This document shows, piece by piece, positions 51,701-64,000 of a DNA stretch of 64,000 nucleotides (positions are counted from its first letter, which is position 1; the number at the start of each line of letters is the position of its first letter). The position numbers and the translations under genes are program-made. Location: assembly GCF_009914755.1 (NCBI RefSeq), contig NC_060929.1; one strand, given 5' to 3'. Origin of the DNA: the human T2T-CHM13v2.0 reference genome, Homo sapiens. The notes under the pieces are model-generated. The model searched no databases, had not been told where the DNA came from, and worked only from the letters and a program-made list of their open reading frames with translations.

Positions 51701-52680
51701 ATTTGCATTGAATATCTTTTTCCATCTCTTTACTGTGAGTGCATTTCTTGTAGACAGCATACAGTTGGATAATTTTTTTTATTCATTCAGCGAGTCTATA
51801 TCTTTTAAGTTGAGAATATTTTCAATTTATGTTGAAGGTTATTGTTGATAAGTGTGGTTTTTTTCCTGTTATATTGTTCATTGTTTTCTAGTTCTTTCAT
51901 ACATTCTTTGTTCCTTTATTTTTCTCTTAGTTTGTTATAGTAGTTTGGTGGATTTTTGTAGTGGTACCATTTGAGTCCTTTCTGTTTCTTATTTGTGTGT
52001 TTGGTTTATCAGTAAGTTTTATACTTTTGTGTGTTTTCATGATTGTAAATGTCATCCTTGCACTTCTGAGTTTAAAACCCTCTTGAGCGTTTCTTGTAGG
52101 GCCAGTCTAATGGAAATGAATTCCCTCGGTCTTTACTTGTTTGGGAAAGACTTTATTTCTCCTTCATTTATGAGGGATACTTTTGCTGGATATAGTATCC
52201 CTGGGTAAATTTTTTTTCTCTCAGCACTTTGAATATATCATCCCATTCTTTCCTGGTCTGTAAGGTTTCTATGAAGAAATCCACTTTTGCTCTGATGGGC
52301 GTTTCTTTATAGGTGAAGAAAGGCTTTTCTCTTACTGTTTTAGATTTCTCTTTGTCTTTGACATTAGAGTTTGACTGTAATGTGCCATGAAGAAGATCTT
52401 TTTGCTTTGTATGTATTTAATGATCTCTGAGCCTGCTGTATCTGGATGTCTAAATGTCTTGCTAAACTTGGGAAGTTTACTTCTACTATTTCATTAAATA
52501 GGTTTTCCAACCCTTTCATTCTCTCTTTACAACTGAGACATCAGTAATTTGTACACTTAGTTGTTTTATGGTGTCCCATATGTCACAAAATCTTTGCTCA
52601 TTCTTTTTTATTTTTTTTCTTTATTTCTGTCTGACTGGGTTATTTATAAAGACCTGTCTTCAAGTTCTGAGATTCTTTCT

Positions 52681-52989
52681 TTTTCTTCTTTATTTTATTT
52701 TATTTTTTGACTGAGTCTTGCTCTGTCACCCAGGCTAAAGTACAATGGCATTATTTCGGCTAACTGCAACCTCTGCCTCCTGGCTTCAAGTGATTCTCAT
52801 GCCTCAGCTTCCCAGGTAGCTGGGGACTACAGGTGTGCATCACCACGCATAGCTAATTTTTATATTTTTAGTAGAGATGGGATTTCACCATGATGGCCAG
52901 GCTGGTCTCGAACTCCTGACCTCAAGTGATCTGCCCATTTCAGCTTCCCAAAGTGCTGGGATTACAGGCATGAGCCACCACACCTGGCC
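52681..52989 (-). mobile_element. Alu (AluSz-like) nested in the L1
   Basis: Full dimer. TSD tgagattctttct at 52668-52680 and 52990-53002. Confidence 0.96.
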
Positions 52990-53367
52990 TGAGATTCTTT
53001 CTTCTGCTTGATCGTGTCTATTGTTGAAACTTTCAAATGTATTTTGTATTTCATTGAATAAGTTCTTCAGTTCCAGAATATTTTTGTTCTTTTTTGTGAT
53101 GTATATCTCTGTGGCAAATTTCTCATTTATATCCTGAATTATTCTGTGATTTCTTTGTATTGTTTTTCTGAATTGTCTTTTATCTCACTGAGCTTCTTCA
53201 TCAAAATTTTGAATTTTTTTTGAGATTTCATGACTTTCTTTTTGTTCTGATCTGTTGCTGGAGAATTGTGTTCTCTTAGAGGTGCAATATTTCCTTAATT
53301 TTTTTCATGTTTCCTGTGTCCTTACATTAATAATCTGGACGTCTGGTGTAACAGTCACTTCTTCCAA

Positions 53368-53659
53368 TTTTTTTTTATTTTTGAGATGGAGTCTCGCTCT
53401 GTCGCCCAGGCTGGAGTTCAGTGGCGCAATCTCGGCTCACTGCAAGCTCCGCCTCCTGTGTTCACACCATTCTCCCACCTCAGCCTCCTGAGCAGCTGGG
53501 ACTACAGGTACCCGCCACCACGCCCGGCTACTTTTTGGATTTTTAGTAGAGACGGGGTTTCAACATTCACAGGATGGTCTCGATCTCCTGACCTTGTGAT
53601 CCGCCCACCTCGCCCTCCCAAAGTGCTGGGATTACAGGCGTGAGCCACCGCGTCCGGCC
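53368..53659 (-). mobile_element. AluY nested in the L1
   Basis: Y diagnostics gcaagctccgcc, ttcacaccattc, caggatggtctcgatctcctgacc, with high CpG retention. Short TSD ccaatttt/ccagtttt. Confidence 0.95.
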
Positions 53660-55214
53660 CCAGTTTTGTAAATTTGATTCCATAAGGGAGTTTCACCCCC
53701 GCCACCCGAAGATGTATCTGTTGTGTTCATTGGGTATGTCACTTTGGCTTTGAATCTGGATGTGTGAAGTGGTGTAGACTCTGTATGATTTCTTCAGCTG
53801 TAAACAGCATCAGTGGTGTCCGTGATTTTGTTGGTGACTTAGGGTATAGTTATTAGTGGAGGCTGTGGTAAAGTTTTGCTGATGCTGGAATGCCAGATAG
53901 GTCAGTCTGCAGGCCCCAGTGGTGGCAGTTGTTGGCTAATTGTGCCTGTCCTTGGGCCACAGGGCAGCATACACTGGCACCAATTTAGCAGATCCAGGCA
54001 AACCAATTCTTGGTCCTCTAGATAGCTTGCTCAGGTGACAGGAATGACAGTGGTGGGCTGGGTGGCTGAGCAGGTTCTGAACACTGCACAGTGGGTGTGG
54101 TGTAGGTGCTGGAAATAACAGTGGTATGGTATAACAAACCTCTGAAACCCAACTAGTCTAAGCTGATGTTGAGGGTAATGGCTGAGGAGGATTGAGCAGG
54201 CTGGTTTCCAGACCTGCAGGTGGCAGGTACAAGTGGGTGCCAGCTCTGATGGTAGCAGCACATTGAGTGGGCTTGACCTCAGAGCCCAAGGGAAGTTTCA
54301 GATGCCACTGCGGGTAGACTGGGCTCAGCATCCCCATGTTCCTGGATGGGTGCTCAGGGACTAGGGTCATGTAGAGCCAGGCCAGACTGAGCTTGCAGGT
54401 TCACTGGTGGTGTGTATAGATCCTGGCTGTGGTATGCCAAGATGGGGTGAGCCCCAGGCTGTCAGGGAATGCTCACGTGTAAGTGATAGCAAATGTGCTG
54501 AGGCCCTGCTACAAGGGAGGGCAGGATTGGTTTCCCTGGGAACAGCTTTAGGAAGACAGCTTCTAGGACATTGGGTTCACTTTTGCCTTGGCCCACAGCA
54601 TTCCACAGCTGTAGCAGTCATGGACACTGAAATTTGTCCTCAGGGCATATGGGAATGTGTAGCAGCCTCTGTTTGGTAGGATGGGCAGGATTGCTTCTTG
54701 TGGCTCCTGCCTCAGCCCAGTTGCAGGGCAGAATGCAGTCTGGTGTGAGCTGAGCTCTTAAAGTGGCACTGTGCTGCCACTGCTTAGGGCTCGGGGGCTT
54801 GTAGGACCCAGCATGAGTTCTCTCTCTGGAGCAATGTCTCTGAACAGTTTCCAGGGAATTCCCTATGTTAGTCTCAGGGCCTGGGAAGGTCAAGGAGCTC
54901 TCACCTGACTAGGATTATAGGAGTCTGCTGTGGAAATGTGGACTGCTGGGGGTCTCTTACTAAACCTTACCCTGCAATGGGGGCCTTTCCTGATTCTCAG
55001 CTGATCCCAGCAAAACAGGCTGCCTCGCTTCCCTCTCCTTCCTTGTTTTAGGGGTTTCCTGACACTTCTCTGTTGGATTCCAGTGTTCTCTCTTGGATGA
55101 TCTATTTGAAGTGTGATTATCCAGTCACTATTTTGGTTCTTCTTAGTGGAGGAGGTGAGTAAGAGATGCCTCTAATCAGCCATTTTGAAGCCCCTCCTCT
55201 GAGTAGGAGTTTTA

Positions 55215-55391
55215 ACGGCTTTCAAATCTAGTTGCACATCAGAATCATCAGTAGATACATTTTAAAAATGCTGAGTGTTGGATTTTATCCCCCCAAATTT
55301 TGGTATTTTAGAGATAGGATGGAGCTCTGGCCTCCTCATTTTCTAAAGAACCAGAGACAATGTTGATACAAAGCCAGGATGGAGATCTACC
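55215..55391. mobile_element. MER5A-like hAT MITE
   Basis: ttcaaatctagttgcacatcagaatcatc...ttttaaaaatgctgagtg...aagccaggatggagatctac. Confidence 0.65.
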
Positions 55392-55582
55392 AACAAAAGT
55401 GCTTAATGAGTAAGAATCTGTTAGAATATAATGTATATTAGAAATGTAATGTAAACTTATTCAAAAGCTGAGCATCAGCTTACTTGGAAAGTGATATGGT
55501 TACGCTATGTGTCTCCACCCAAATCTCGTCTTGAATTATAATTCCATAATCCCCACTTGTAGTGGAAGGGACCCAGTGGGAG

Positions 55583-55593
55583 TAATTGAATCA
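55583..55593 (+). promoter_or_regulatory. DUX4-type motif TAATTGAATCA in the THE1 LTR
   Basis: Exact match to the DUX4 consensus TAAYYBAATCA at the position typical of THE1 LTRs. Binding is not demonstrated. Confidence 0.6.
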
Positions 55594-57021
55594 TGGGGGC
55601 AGTTTCTCCCTTGCTGTTCTGGTGATAGTGAGTTCTCCTGAGATCTGATGGTTTTATTACTGTGGCATTTCCACCACTTGCACTCATTCTCTCTCCTGCT
55701 GCCCATGAAGAGGTGCCTTCTGCCATGATTGTAAGTTTCCTGAGGCCTCCCCAGCCATGCAAAACTGTGAATCCACTAAACCTCGTTTCTTAATAAATTA
55801 CCAGTCTGAGGTATTTCTTCATGGCAGCATGAGAATGGAATAATACAGTAAATTGGTACTGGGACTGGAGCACTGCAGCAAAGGTACCCGAAAATGTGGA
55901 AGCGACTTTGGAACTCAGTAATAGGCAGAGGGTGGAACAATTTGGAGGATTCAGAAGAAGACAGGAAGATGTGGGAAGGTTTGGAACTTCGTAGAGACTT
56001 GTTGAATAGCTTTGACCAAAATGCTGGTAGTGATATGGACAATGAAGTCCAGGCTCAGATGGTCTCACATGGAAATAAGGAACTTGTTGGGAACTGGAAT
56101 AAAGGTAACTCTTACTATGTTTTAGCAAGGAGACTAGCAGCATTTTGCTCCTCCCCTAGAGATCTTTGGAACTTTGAATTTAAGAGAGATGATTTAGGGT
56201 ATCTGGCAGAAGAAATTTCTAAGCAGCAAAGCATTCAAGAAGTGATTCAGGTGATCTTAAAATTATTCAGTTTTAGGTATTCACAAAGATAAGGTTTGGA
56301 ATTGGAATTTATACTTAAAAGGGGAGCAGAGCATAAAAGTTCAACAAATTGCAGCCTGACAATGCAGTAGAAAAGAAAAACCCATTTTCTGAGGAAAATT
56401 CAAGCCAGCTGTAGAAATTTGCATAAGTAATGAGAAGCCAAATGTTAATTGTTAAGACAATGGGGAAAATATCTCCAGGGCATGTCAGAGATCTTCACAG
56501 GCCTGGAGGCCTAGGAGGAAACCATGGTTTTTATGGGCCGGCCCCGGGCCTTTCTGCTTTCTGCATTTTTGGGACTTGGTGCCCTGCATGCCAGCTGTGG
56601 CTTAAAGGGACCAATGTACAGCTCAGGCCATTGCTTCAGAGGATTCAAGCCCCAAGTATTGGTGACTTGCAGGTGGTATTAGACCTGTGGTTGCACAGAA
56701 GTCAGTAATTGAGGTTTGGGAACCTCCACCTATATTTCAGAGGATGTATGGAAACACCTAGATGTCTAGGGAGAACTTGCCTGCAAGGATGGAGCACTCA
56801 TGGAGAACCTTTTCTAGGGCAGTGCAGAAGGGAAATATAGGGTCAGAGCCCCCACACAGAGTCCCCACTGGGGCACTGCCTAGTGGAGCTGTGAGAAGAT
56901 GGCCACGGTCCTCCAGTCCCCAGAATGATCGATTCACCAACAGCTTGCACTGTGCACCTGGAAAAGCTGAAAACACTAAACGCCAGCCTGTGAAAGTAAC
57001 AAGCAACTGTGAGTCCATTAA

Positions 57022-57330
<309 letters not shown>

Positions 57331-57559
57331 TAAACCTCTTTTCTTTATAAATTACCCAGTCTTGGGTATTTCTTCACAGCGGTGTGAGAACAGACTAATA
57401 CAAACAGAAAAAAATAATTGCTTAAAATCTACCAAACATGTGCTGAGTTCCTACTATATGCAAAGCTCTATGTCAGGTTACAACAGAGAGTTTTCAAGTT
57501 GCCTTAGTGCCACAGAGTAAATTGAATAACGGCTGTCCTTTATTGCATCATCACCACCA

Positions 57560-57870
57560 TTACCCAAAAACATATGTTAAAACCTACTCTAGCAAAGCAA
57601 TTTGCTATGTGCTGGAGATACAAAGTACTCTAAGATATTGCCTTTACAGTCAAGGAGAGTCAACTACTTGGACAGACAGGACATGTACATAAAAAAGATA
57701 ATTAACAGTGTCAGGTAGCATATGCTAAGTGCCAAATCAGTGGCAGCAACAATAAATACTCTGAGTTTCGTGGAGGGAGATCATTACTATGAGCTCTGGG
57801 GTTGGAGGCCTGATAGAGGAAGTGGAATGCAAAGTCTGACCTTGCTGTTTGTGTAGGAATTAGATAAATA
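57560..57870 (-). mobile_element. L2 fragment
   Basis: aaacatatgttaaaacctactctagcaaagc...ctatgtgctggagatacaaag...gtggagggagatcattac. Confidence 0.6.
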
Positions 57871-59642
57871 TTTTCCTAAAAGTCAGTTTTCTAAAATATA
57901 ACTGTAGCTGGTTGGCTGCTTATGCATATGTACTCAAACTTTCTTTTAAAATGAAGGCCATATCATTGTATGTGTAGCTAGAGGTTTTAGGAAGATAGCG
58001 GCCCCCCTTCTTTTTAAAAATTTTTCATGTGTAGCTCAGTGTCTAAAACTATCAAGCAGGAAACAAGTTATAAATATATATTTTTGGGGAAGGGCAAAAA
58101 GCTCCTACATATCTATAAAATTCCATCCATTTATGAAGGGGTTCAGTATTTTCACCAGGTTTCAACCCATCTTGAGTTGACTGCTGTTTAGCAGAGAGTT
58201 TATTGTATTTCAGTCTAAAAGCAAATCTACTTTATTACAATTAGGGAGAGTGAAATAGTGCTTAACAATTTTTCCATTATAAAAATAAGAAAATGCTTGT
58301 TAACATATAATGTATTCACTTAATATGATAAGAAAAGCACTTGATTTCATTTTTCCCCTAAGTATAAAAGCCATTTAGAAAGAGTTGTTTTTATAGTGAC
58401 TCAACAAAAATATCTCAGCCAAGACTGAAATCTAGAATCAGTGAGTATAAGAAAATTATGTCTAATTTTTTTAATTCTGCAAAATTCTCAATGTATGTAT
58501 GACAGGCTCATATGGAAAACAGGATTTATAGAATGATCTGAAAATTAATAAACGATCACAGCTCAAAGTGAAATGGTGCTTTAAAAAAGGATGAAAATAA
58601 TAAAAAAAAGAACCTTATGGTTTTTTTATGAGCATGGGTAAAAATCCATGAAAACACTCAACAATGCCCAGATGCTTTCCATCAAGCAAGTAAAAGCACT
58701 TTAAAATGTCTCTGATAGAACTCGGTACAGAGAAAATAACATTGGTCTAACTTTAATAAGTGGAGAGCTAGAAATAACACAGGAGACTGGTTCCCCCGAG
58801 TTACCAACTCTAGCTCTGGCTTTGTGTATCCAGATGAAACATGAAGAATTTATTCAGTAATGAGCCCTCACACCCAGGCTAAGGGAAACAAATCAATTTT
58901 TAAAAATTCTTTTTCTAACGGAAGTCCTTTTTTTCTCTTCCTCTAGCTTTTGGCTCATCCTTCATGTTTTACTCTTCTTCGCTCTAACTGCCAGAGCTGA
59001 AGAACTTCTTTATGGTAACAGTGAAGAATGTGTCCTTGAGGCTGAGAGGTTTTTGAAGGTTCAACAATTGAGGCATTTTTTGGTCATAATTATTAAATGG
59101 CCAGACTATGCTTTGTTTCATCAGGACTCTGCTGTATACAGACAAAATAGAACCACATACTATTTTGAAGTAAAAATCAACAGTAACCCATTTCTTAGAA
59201 GCCAGGCTACTTGAAGAGGTCAACTTGAAAATGTCTGACTTTTATCAGACTCTGCCCATCACAACTGTGGGGCTCTTGTGAATGAGGATGATTTCATACA
59301 CATACAGGAAAGGTTGATTATATTTGGCACAAGCAGGTCTCTGATACATTTCAAAACAAATAGAAATTTGAAGACTTGAGTCATGATGTTTAAAAACTAA
59401 GCATTGTGGCTTGTCCTCCATCATGGGCAAAGAGATTATATATGATGGAACAGAGAATGAAACATTTAAAAATGTGGTGAAAATGACATATCCCCCTTCC
59501 ATTTTTTATATCAATTTGAGCATACTTTATGCTGTTTCCTCTCTACCTTGTATGGTTTCCAGTGTATGACTGCTTCTCAATGTAACTGCTTTGCCACCCC
59601 TATTTCTTTATCCATGACAATCTTTCCTCTGGAATACCTGCA

Positions 59643-60070
59643 GATATTAGTTCTCTAGGATGACCATAACAATGTACCACAAAGCAAGTGGCTTAAAAAC
59701 AGTAGGAATGTATTTCCTTGCAGTTCCAGAAGCTAGAGGTCCAAGATTATGGTGTCAGCAGGGTTGGTTTCTTCTGAGGTCTCTCTCTTTGACTTGCAGA
59801 TGGCTTTTTCCCCTGTCTTCACATGGTAATCCCTCTGTGCTTGTCTGTGTTCTAATCTCCTTTTTAAAAATAAGGACACCAGCTGCATTGGATTAGAGTC
59901 CCTCCTAATTATCTCATTTAACCTCAATTACCTCTTTAAACACCTGTCTCCAAATACAGCCGTATTCTTAGGGAGTAGGGGCTAGGACTTCAACATATGA
60001 ATTTGGGGGAACACAATTCAGCCTGTAACACTGCCCTTTTGCTCCCCAAAATTTGTGTTCTCACATGCGC
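59643..60070 (-). mobile_element. MLT1B-like MaLR LTR with ~40 bp of adjoining internal sequence (polypurine-tract side)
   Basis: tattagttctctaggatgaccataacaatgtaccac...ggtgtcagcagggttggtttcttctgaggtctctctc...acacaattcagcctgtaaca, then ctgcccttttgctccccaaaatttgtgttctcacatgc. Confidence 0.85.
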
Positions 60071-60094
60071 AGCTCAACTCCCCACAATTACGAG

Positions 60095-60665
60095 TCCTTT
60101 AAATGGAAACAACAGAAAACGATTCAATCTGGCTTTATTAGAAAAAAAAAATTTTTACTCACATAACTGAAAAGTTTAGGGTAAATTATCACATCTTTTC
60201 ACACAGTTGGATGCAAATGCTATAGTGATTTTATCAGGTATTGATCGCAGTCTCTCCATCTGTCTGTTCTACTTTTCTCTGTAATGGCTCCTTTCTCAGA
60301 CCAGCTCTCCCTCATGGTCACAATATGGCTGCCAATTCTCTAAACTACCATCTAGCCCATGGGCAACTCCAGCAGAAAAAGACCACCTTTTCCTCAAATG
60401 TTGTAATAAAAGTCCCAGATTCAAGTTTCATTAGCTTACCTTAAATCTTGCATTCATCATGAAACCAATACTGTGATCAGATCAGTGGAATACTTTGATG
60501 AGTGAGACCCAGGTTGCATACATGGTCCCTGAGTCAGCAGTGGAATGAATCTCATGGATAAAGAGCTCGGAAGAGATCAGATCTCTTAGGGAATTGAGTT
60601 TGCTTTTATTGCAGGCAGGAAGAAGGGTGACTGGATAGGCAATAATCGGTAGATATTCACTCTAC
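60095..60665 (-). mobile_element. Old MLT1 (J/K/L-type) LTR relic
   Basis: caacagaaaacgattcaatctggcttt...actcacataactgaaaagtttaggg...ctctccctcatggtcacaatatggctgcc. Confidence 0.6.
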
Positions 60666-61819
60666 CAACCTTCCTTCCTCCCACCTCACAAATTCCAAAT
60701 TAGTTTTAAAATCTCTACTCAGGCAGCACCTCCTATCCCAAATCATCTTTGACTCTCATCAACAAAGGAAGTACTGTGTATTACCTTGTCTACACCTCCA
60801 TTATTGCATGAACTTTTGGCCTGACTTCCTGTCTAAATGAGCCATGGGAGCTCTAAGAAGAAGAGTCATAATTTTATGTTTCATCCACTTAATGCCAAGC
60901 ATAATGCCTAATATATAGGACTCATACATGTCTCTGTGTGTGTATGTGCGTGTATTTTAAGCTGGTCAACTCAAAGAACCACAATTTATGGAAGGTATTT
61001 CTTCTTTGGACAGCTACTATCATTTCTAGTATAAAAAACAAAATGCAGCCAGCTTGAAGTAACCTCTGAGAAAGTGATTCCTATCATTGAATTAAGGGCT
61101 GAAGGTCACTGAGTGGCTCCAGTGTCAAAGGAGAATGTATAACAGGAAGAAAGCTGAGTGTTCTCAGGCAACTTGGATTTTGTCTCTGGGTCCTACTTTT
61201 TCTGTTTCTAAAACAACCTAACTTTTAGATTAAATCTTAGAAGTCTTCTAGATCCTTCAAATGGTTCATGTGGTGGTCCCCTGATAAAAGATGTGAACAA
61301 CAGGGAAGGCCGCAGGAGGGCTGAATCTGGGAATGTGCATAAGGTGAGGATTGAGTGGTCCATACCTAGATCTAGGCAAGCAAGTTATGGAATTGGAAGC
61401 TCATGGGAGTCAGTAGAACATCCACGGTATCAAAGGGAAAGCAAAGATCTAACAAGAATATATTCTTTCTTTCTGTTCTTTTCCATACCACTGGCTGGCT
61501 GACCACATTTCTTCCACTCAGCCTGTCTCTACTTCTATACCTTTTTTTTTTTTTTTCAATCTGAAAACAAGAAAGTCTTGTTTCACTTAGTTTGTGTCTG
61601 TTCTTTCTTTTTCCTAAGTAAATGTTATCCAAGGTAAATGTCTATATTTATTGTCAGAAACATCTCCTCTTAGGTGCAGATGGCATCTTGGCAGAATATC
61701 AGAAGTTTCTCTTGCAATTCCTGGGGATTTTCTGGATCAACAAATATCTTGTAAGAAGCTAGGAACCCCTGTTTTCTGTCAGACCATAAACTCTATAGCA
61801 GTATGTAATTTTGATCCGC

Positions 61820-61950
61820 GCACCTGTATGTCTGTGCCTGGAGAAACCAGTTCGTCTCTTTTATTACTTCATGACCCTTATCCAAGTGCCTGACACATGG
61901 TAGGCCCTCAATGATACAATTCTTTAATGACTGAATAAATAAAACATAAA
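61820..61950 (+). mobile_element. L2 3'-end fragment
   Basis: agtgcctgacacatggtaggccctcaat...gactgaataaataaa. Confidence 0.7.
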
Positions 61951-62392
61951 TTAGTAAATGTCTTGCATTTGGAATATTCATATTTCATCAATTTTAGGGC
62001 ATGTTATATATTTTTCACTTGTTGACACCTGTGGAATACTTGCTGGCCACATTCAATCACTCCTGGCTAAAGAGCATTGTATTGGAGTTGTTATTGACTA
62101 CACATGTACACATCTGGCCAAAACTTCCATGGTGTCATGTACATTATTGGTAAAATATGTTGAACTTAAATATCATTTGCTTTTATATGAAACAATGATG
62201 TTTAATGAACATTTAAAAGAATGTTCTTTAAAAGAAAGAATATTGTCCTACTTGTTGTCTGATAATCTTCCATTTAAGCCTTCTCATAAGATCAAGAAAG
62301 CGTAAGTGTCAGCATACAGAATGAATGTCAGCAGCTTGGAGGAAAATCACCAAGATGATAGGAGAACAAATACTATTTTAAGAAGTGCTGTG

Positions 62393-62691
62393 GGCGGGGC
62401 CCGATGGCTCACGCCTAATCCCAGCACTTTGGGAGGCCGAGGTGGGTGGATCATGAGGTCAGGAGTTCAAGACCAGCCTGGCCAAGATGGTGAAACCCCT
62501 TCTCTACTAAAAACACAAAAATTAGCTGGGCGTGGTGGCACACGCCTGTAATCCCAGCTACTCAGGAGGCTGAGCCAGAGAATTGCTTGAACCCAGGAGG
62601 TGGAGGTTGCAGTGAGCCAAGATCATGCCACTCCATTCCAGCCTGGGCGACAGAGTGAGACTCTGTCTCAAAAAAAAAAAAAAAAAAAAAA
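62393..62691 (+). mobile_element. Alu (AluSg-like), full length
   Basis: ggcggggcccgatggctcacgcc...ggatcatgaggtcaggagttcaagaccagcctggccaagatgg...gtctc plus a long A tail. TSD aagaagtgctgtg (62380-62392) / aagaagtgctgca (62692-62704), at a canonical TTTT/AA L1-endonuclease site. Confidence 0.97.
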
Positions 62692-63354
62692 AAGAAGTGC
62701 TGCATCACCAACTCTCCAGCTCAGAATGTATGGAATGTACAGACATTAATGACTCTGAGTCAAAGATAATGATTCAGAAGGGTTGGATTCCTAATATGAA
62801 GAACTTTTAGCAATGTATTCTGTTTATATTTTCCATAAGAGCGTTATACAATTAAAATTTATGTCTAAATGAGTCTTATGAGATCTTTCAATAAGTTTTT
62901 AACATTAAATGATAAACATTAGGCTATAATGTGATTGACAACATTTTTATTACTTAGTCATTATACAGTAATGTATCATACAATCAATAGATCTCAGGTC
63001 TTATGAAATATCAATAGAAGAGACATTTTGAGGCTGAAGAACTAGTTATGAAGCCTCAAATCTTGCCACATAGAGTATTTCCTGCTTCTCCCCTGGAACT
63101 AAATTAATTCTCTCTCCATGAAGATAGGCTTGGATTAGACCTAAGAGAGAGTGTTCTCAAAATCAAAATATGTGAATGACAAGATTAGGTATTGAGGGAC
63201 ATTGTGAGTTCTACAGCCTCTGAGATTTGCGGGACAAGCCTGCTAGGTTCTACCCATGTTTGTATGCACAGAGCACATGTGCTTTTAAACATATGCATTC
63301 TTCTGTGGAATGACTAGATAAGTTGGCCTTCTGTCCTTGTAATACAGGAGATGC

Positions 63355-63373
63355 AAAAAAAAAAAAAAAAAAA
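63355..63373 (+). repeat. Orphan A19 homopolymer
   Basis: 19 As with no adjacent retroelement body. Confidence 0.9.
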
Positions 63374-64000
63374 GCAAATAAAATAGTAAGAAATGGAACT
63401 TAGCTGATTGCCTGAATCCATATATCAGAAGCCTGTAAAGAGTAAGAAATAGTCAATTTGTATGATCTTTCTTCACTGATCAGGAAGAGATGTTCTTGAT
63501 CATAGATTAAAGTTGCTTTGGGCTTTATTTTAGAAAATAAGAAACATAAGCTATTTGCTTATGAACAGATACTGCTTTAGCAAAGCCTTTCCTGGGACCT
63601 ACTGAGCATTGCATTGAGGTGTATAAAATATGATTAGATAGCAGTATTTGCATACTTGGTTCGTAAATAGAGCAACATTCCTTATGTGTCTGGGTCTATA
63701 GGTCTTTGTATCAGCAGACGAAATAAATCCCCCAAAACAACAATAAGATTCACTTGTCTTTAAAAATCACTACAGAAAGATCTGGTCTCTCCAAGGTATC
63801 TTTGAAGAGTGCCTTGTCATGTTCATTTATCTAACTATAAGTTATAATGTCGAATGTCATGGCTAATAGACACTTTTCATTTAGTTCCTAATTTGGACTG
63901 TGTTGATTTGACCTTCTGTAGACTGATGAGACATTATTTCAAACCAACTAGTTTCAGAGAGCCATAAATACAGTTCAGGGCACAAGAATCACACTTCCAA

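Larger units (their letters stand above)
47685..55199 (-). mobile_element. Apparently full-length ancient LINE-1 (L1MA-type 3' end), decayed, with two nested Alus
   Basis: The L1MA-type 3' UTR starts at ~47685. The ORF2 RT remnant is in the ORF track (49848-50177: [17 protein letters not shown]...AEKAFDK...RQECPLSPL), and the catalytic FADD has decayed to FTDD at 49796-49807. Endonuclease and ORF1 regions run to ~53.7 kb. A GC-richer 5' UTR ends with gaggggcttcaaaatggctgattag on the minus strand. Degenerate TSD ctttcaataggatttt / ctctgagtaggagttt. Confidence 0.93.

Noticed and set aside
54213-54226. CTCF-like CCTGCAGGTGGCAG in the L1 5' UTR
   Set aside because: The match is partial and lies in GC-rich repeat sequence. 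It cannot be supported without ChIP data.
55746-55758. PRDM9 hotspot motif position in the THE1 LTR
   Set aside because: The sequence is CCTCCCCAGCCAT, which mismatches the CCNCCNTNNCCNC motif at positions 7 and 13.

Overview
This is human genomic DNA: an AluYb8 element, a human-specific subfamily, lies at 35115-35425. The window is AT-rich and non-coding, and it looks like a long intron or intergenic region. I found no protein-coding exon of a recognisable gene, RNA gene, CpG island or prokaryotic-type system, and I cannot name the locus. Interspersed repeats dominate. There are 12 dimeric Alus and 2 Alu monomers (10 of the 14 on the minus strand), one apparently full-length ancient L1MA-type LINE (about 47.7-55.2 kb, minus strand) carrying two nested Alus, and an internally deleted THE1 MaLR element with an Alu in its 3' LTR. 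There are also several MLT1/MLT2/LTR16 LTR relics, Tigger and hAT DNA-transposon MITEs, many MIR/L2 fragments and microsatellites. Most entries in the ORF track are repeat-derived or chance ORFs. The non-repeat observations most worth checking are: a ~200-bp local duplication with a 61-bp perfectly identical core (16.3/17.1 kb); a frame-compatible pair of minus-strand candidate exons at 24.0-24.4 kb, with further minus-strand candidates toward the window start; plus-strand microexon or cryptic-exon candidates (6.1, 7.4 and 12.4 kb); and a few strong TF motifs (DR3/NBRE, ETS-IRF composite, DUX4 site in the THE1 LTR). Repeat subfamily calls come from recalled consensus sequences and need RepeatMasker/Dfam confirmation. 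Boundaries of old repeats are approximate.
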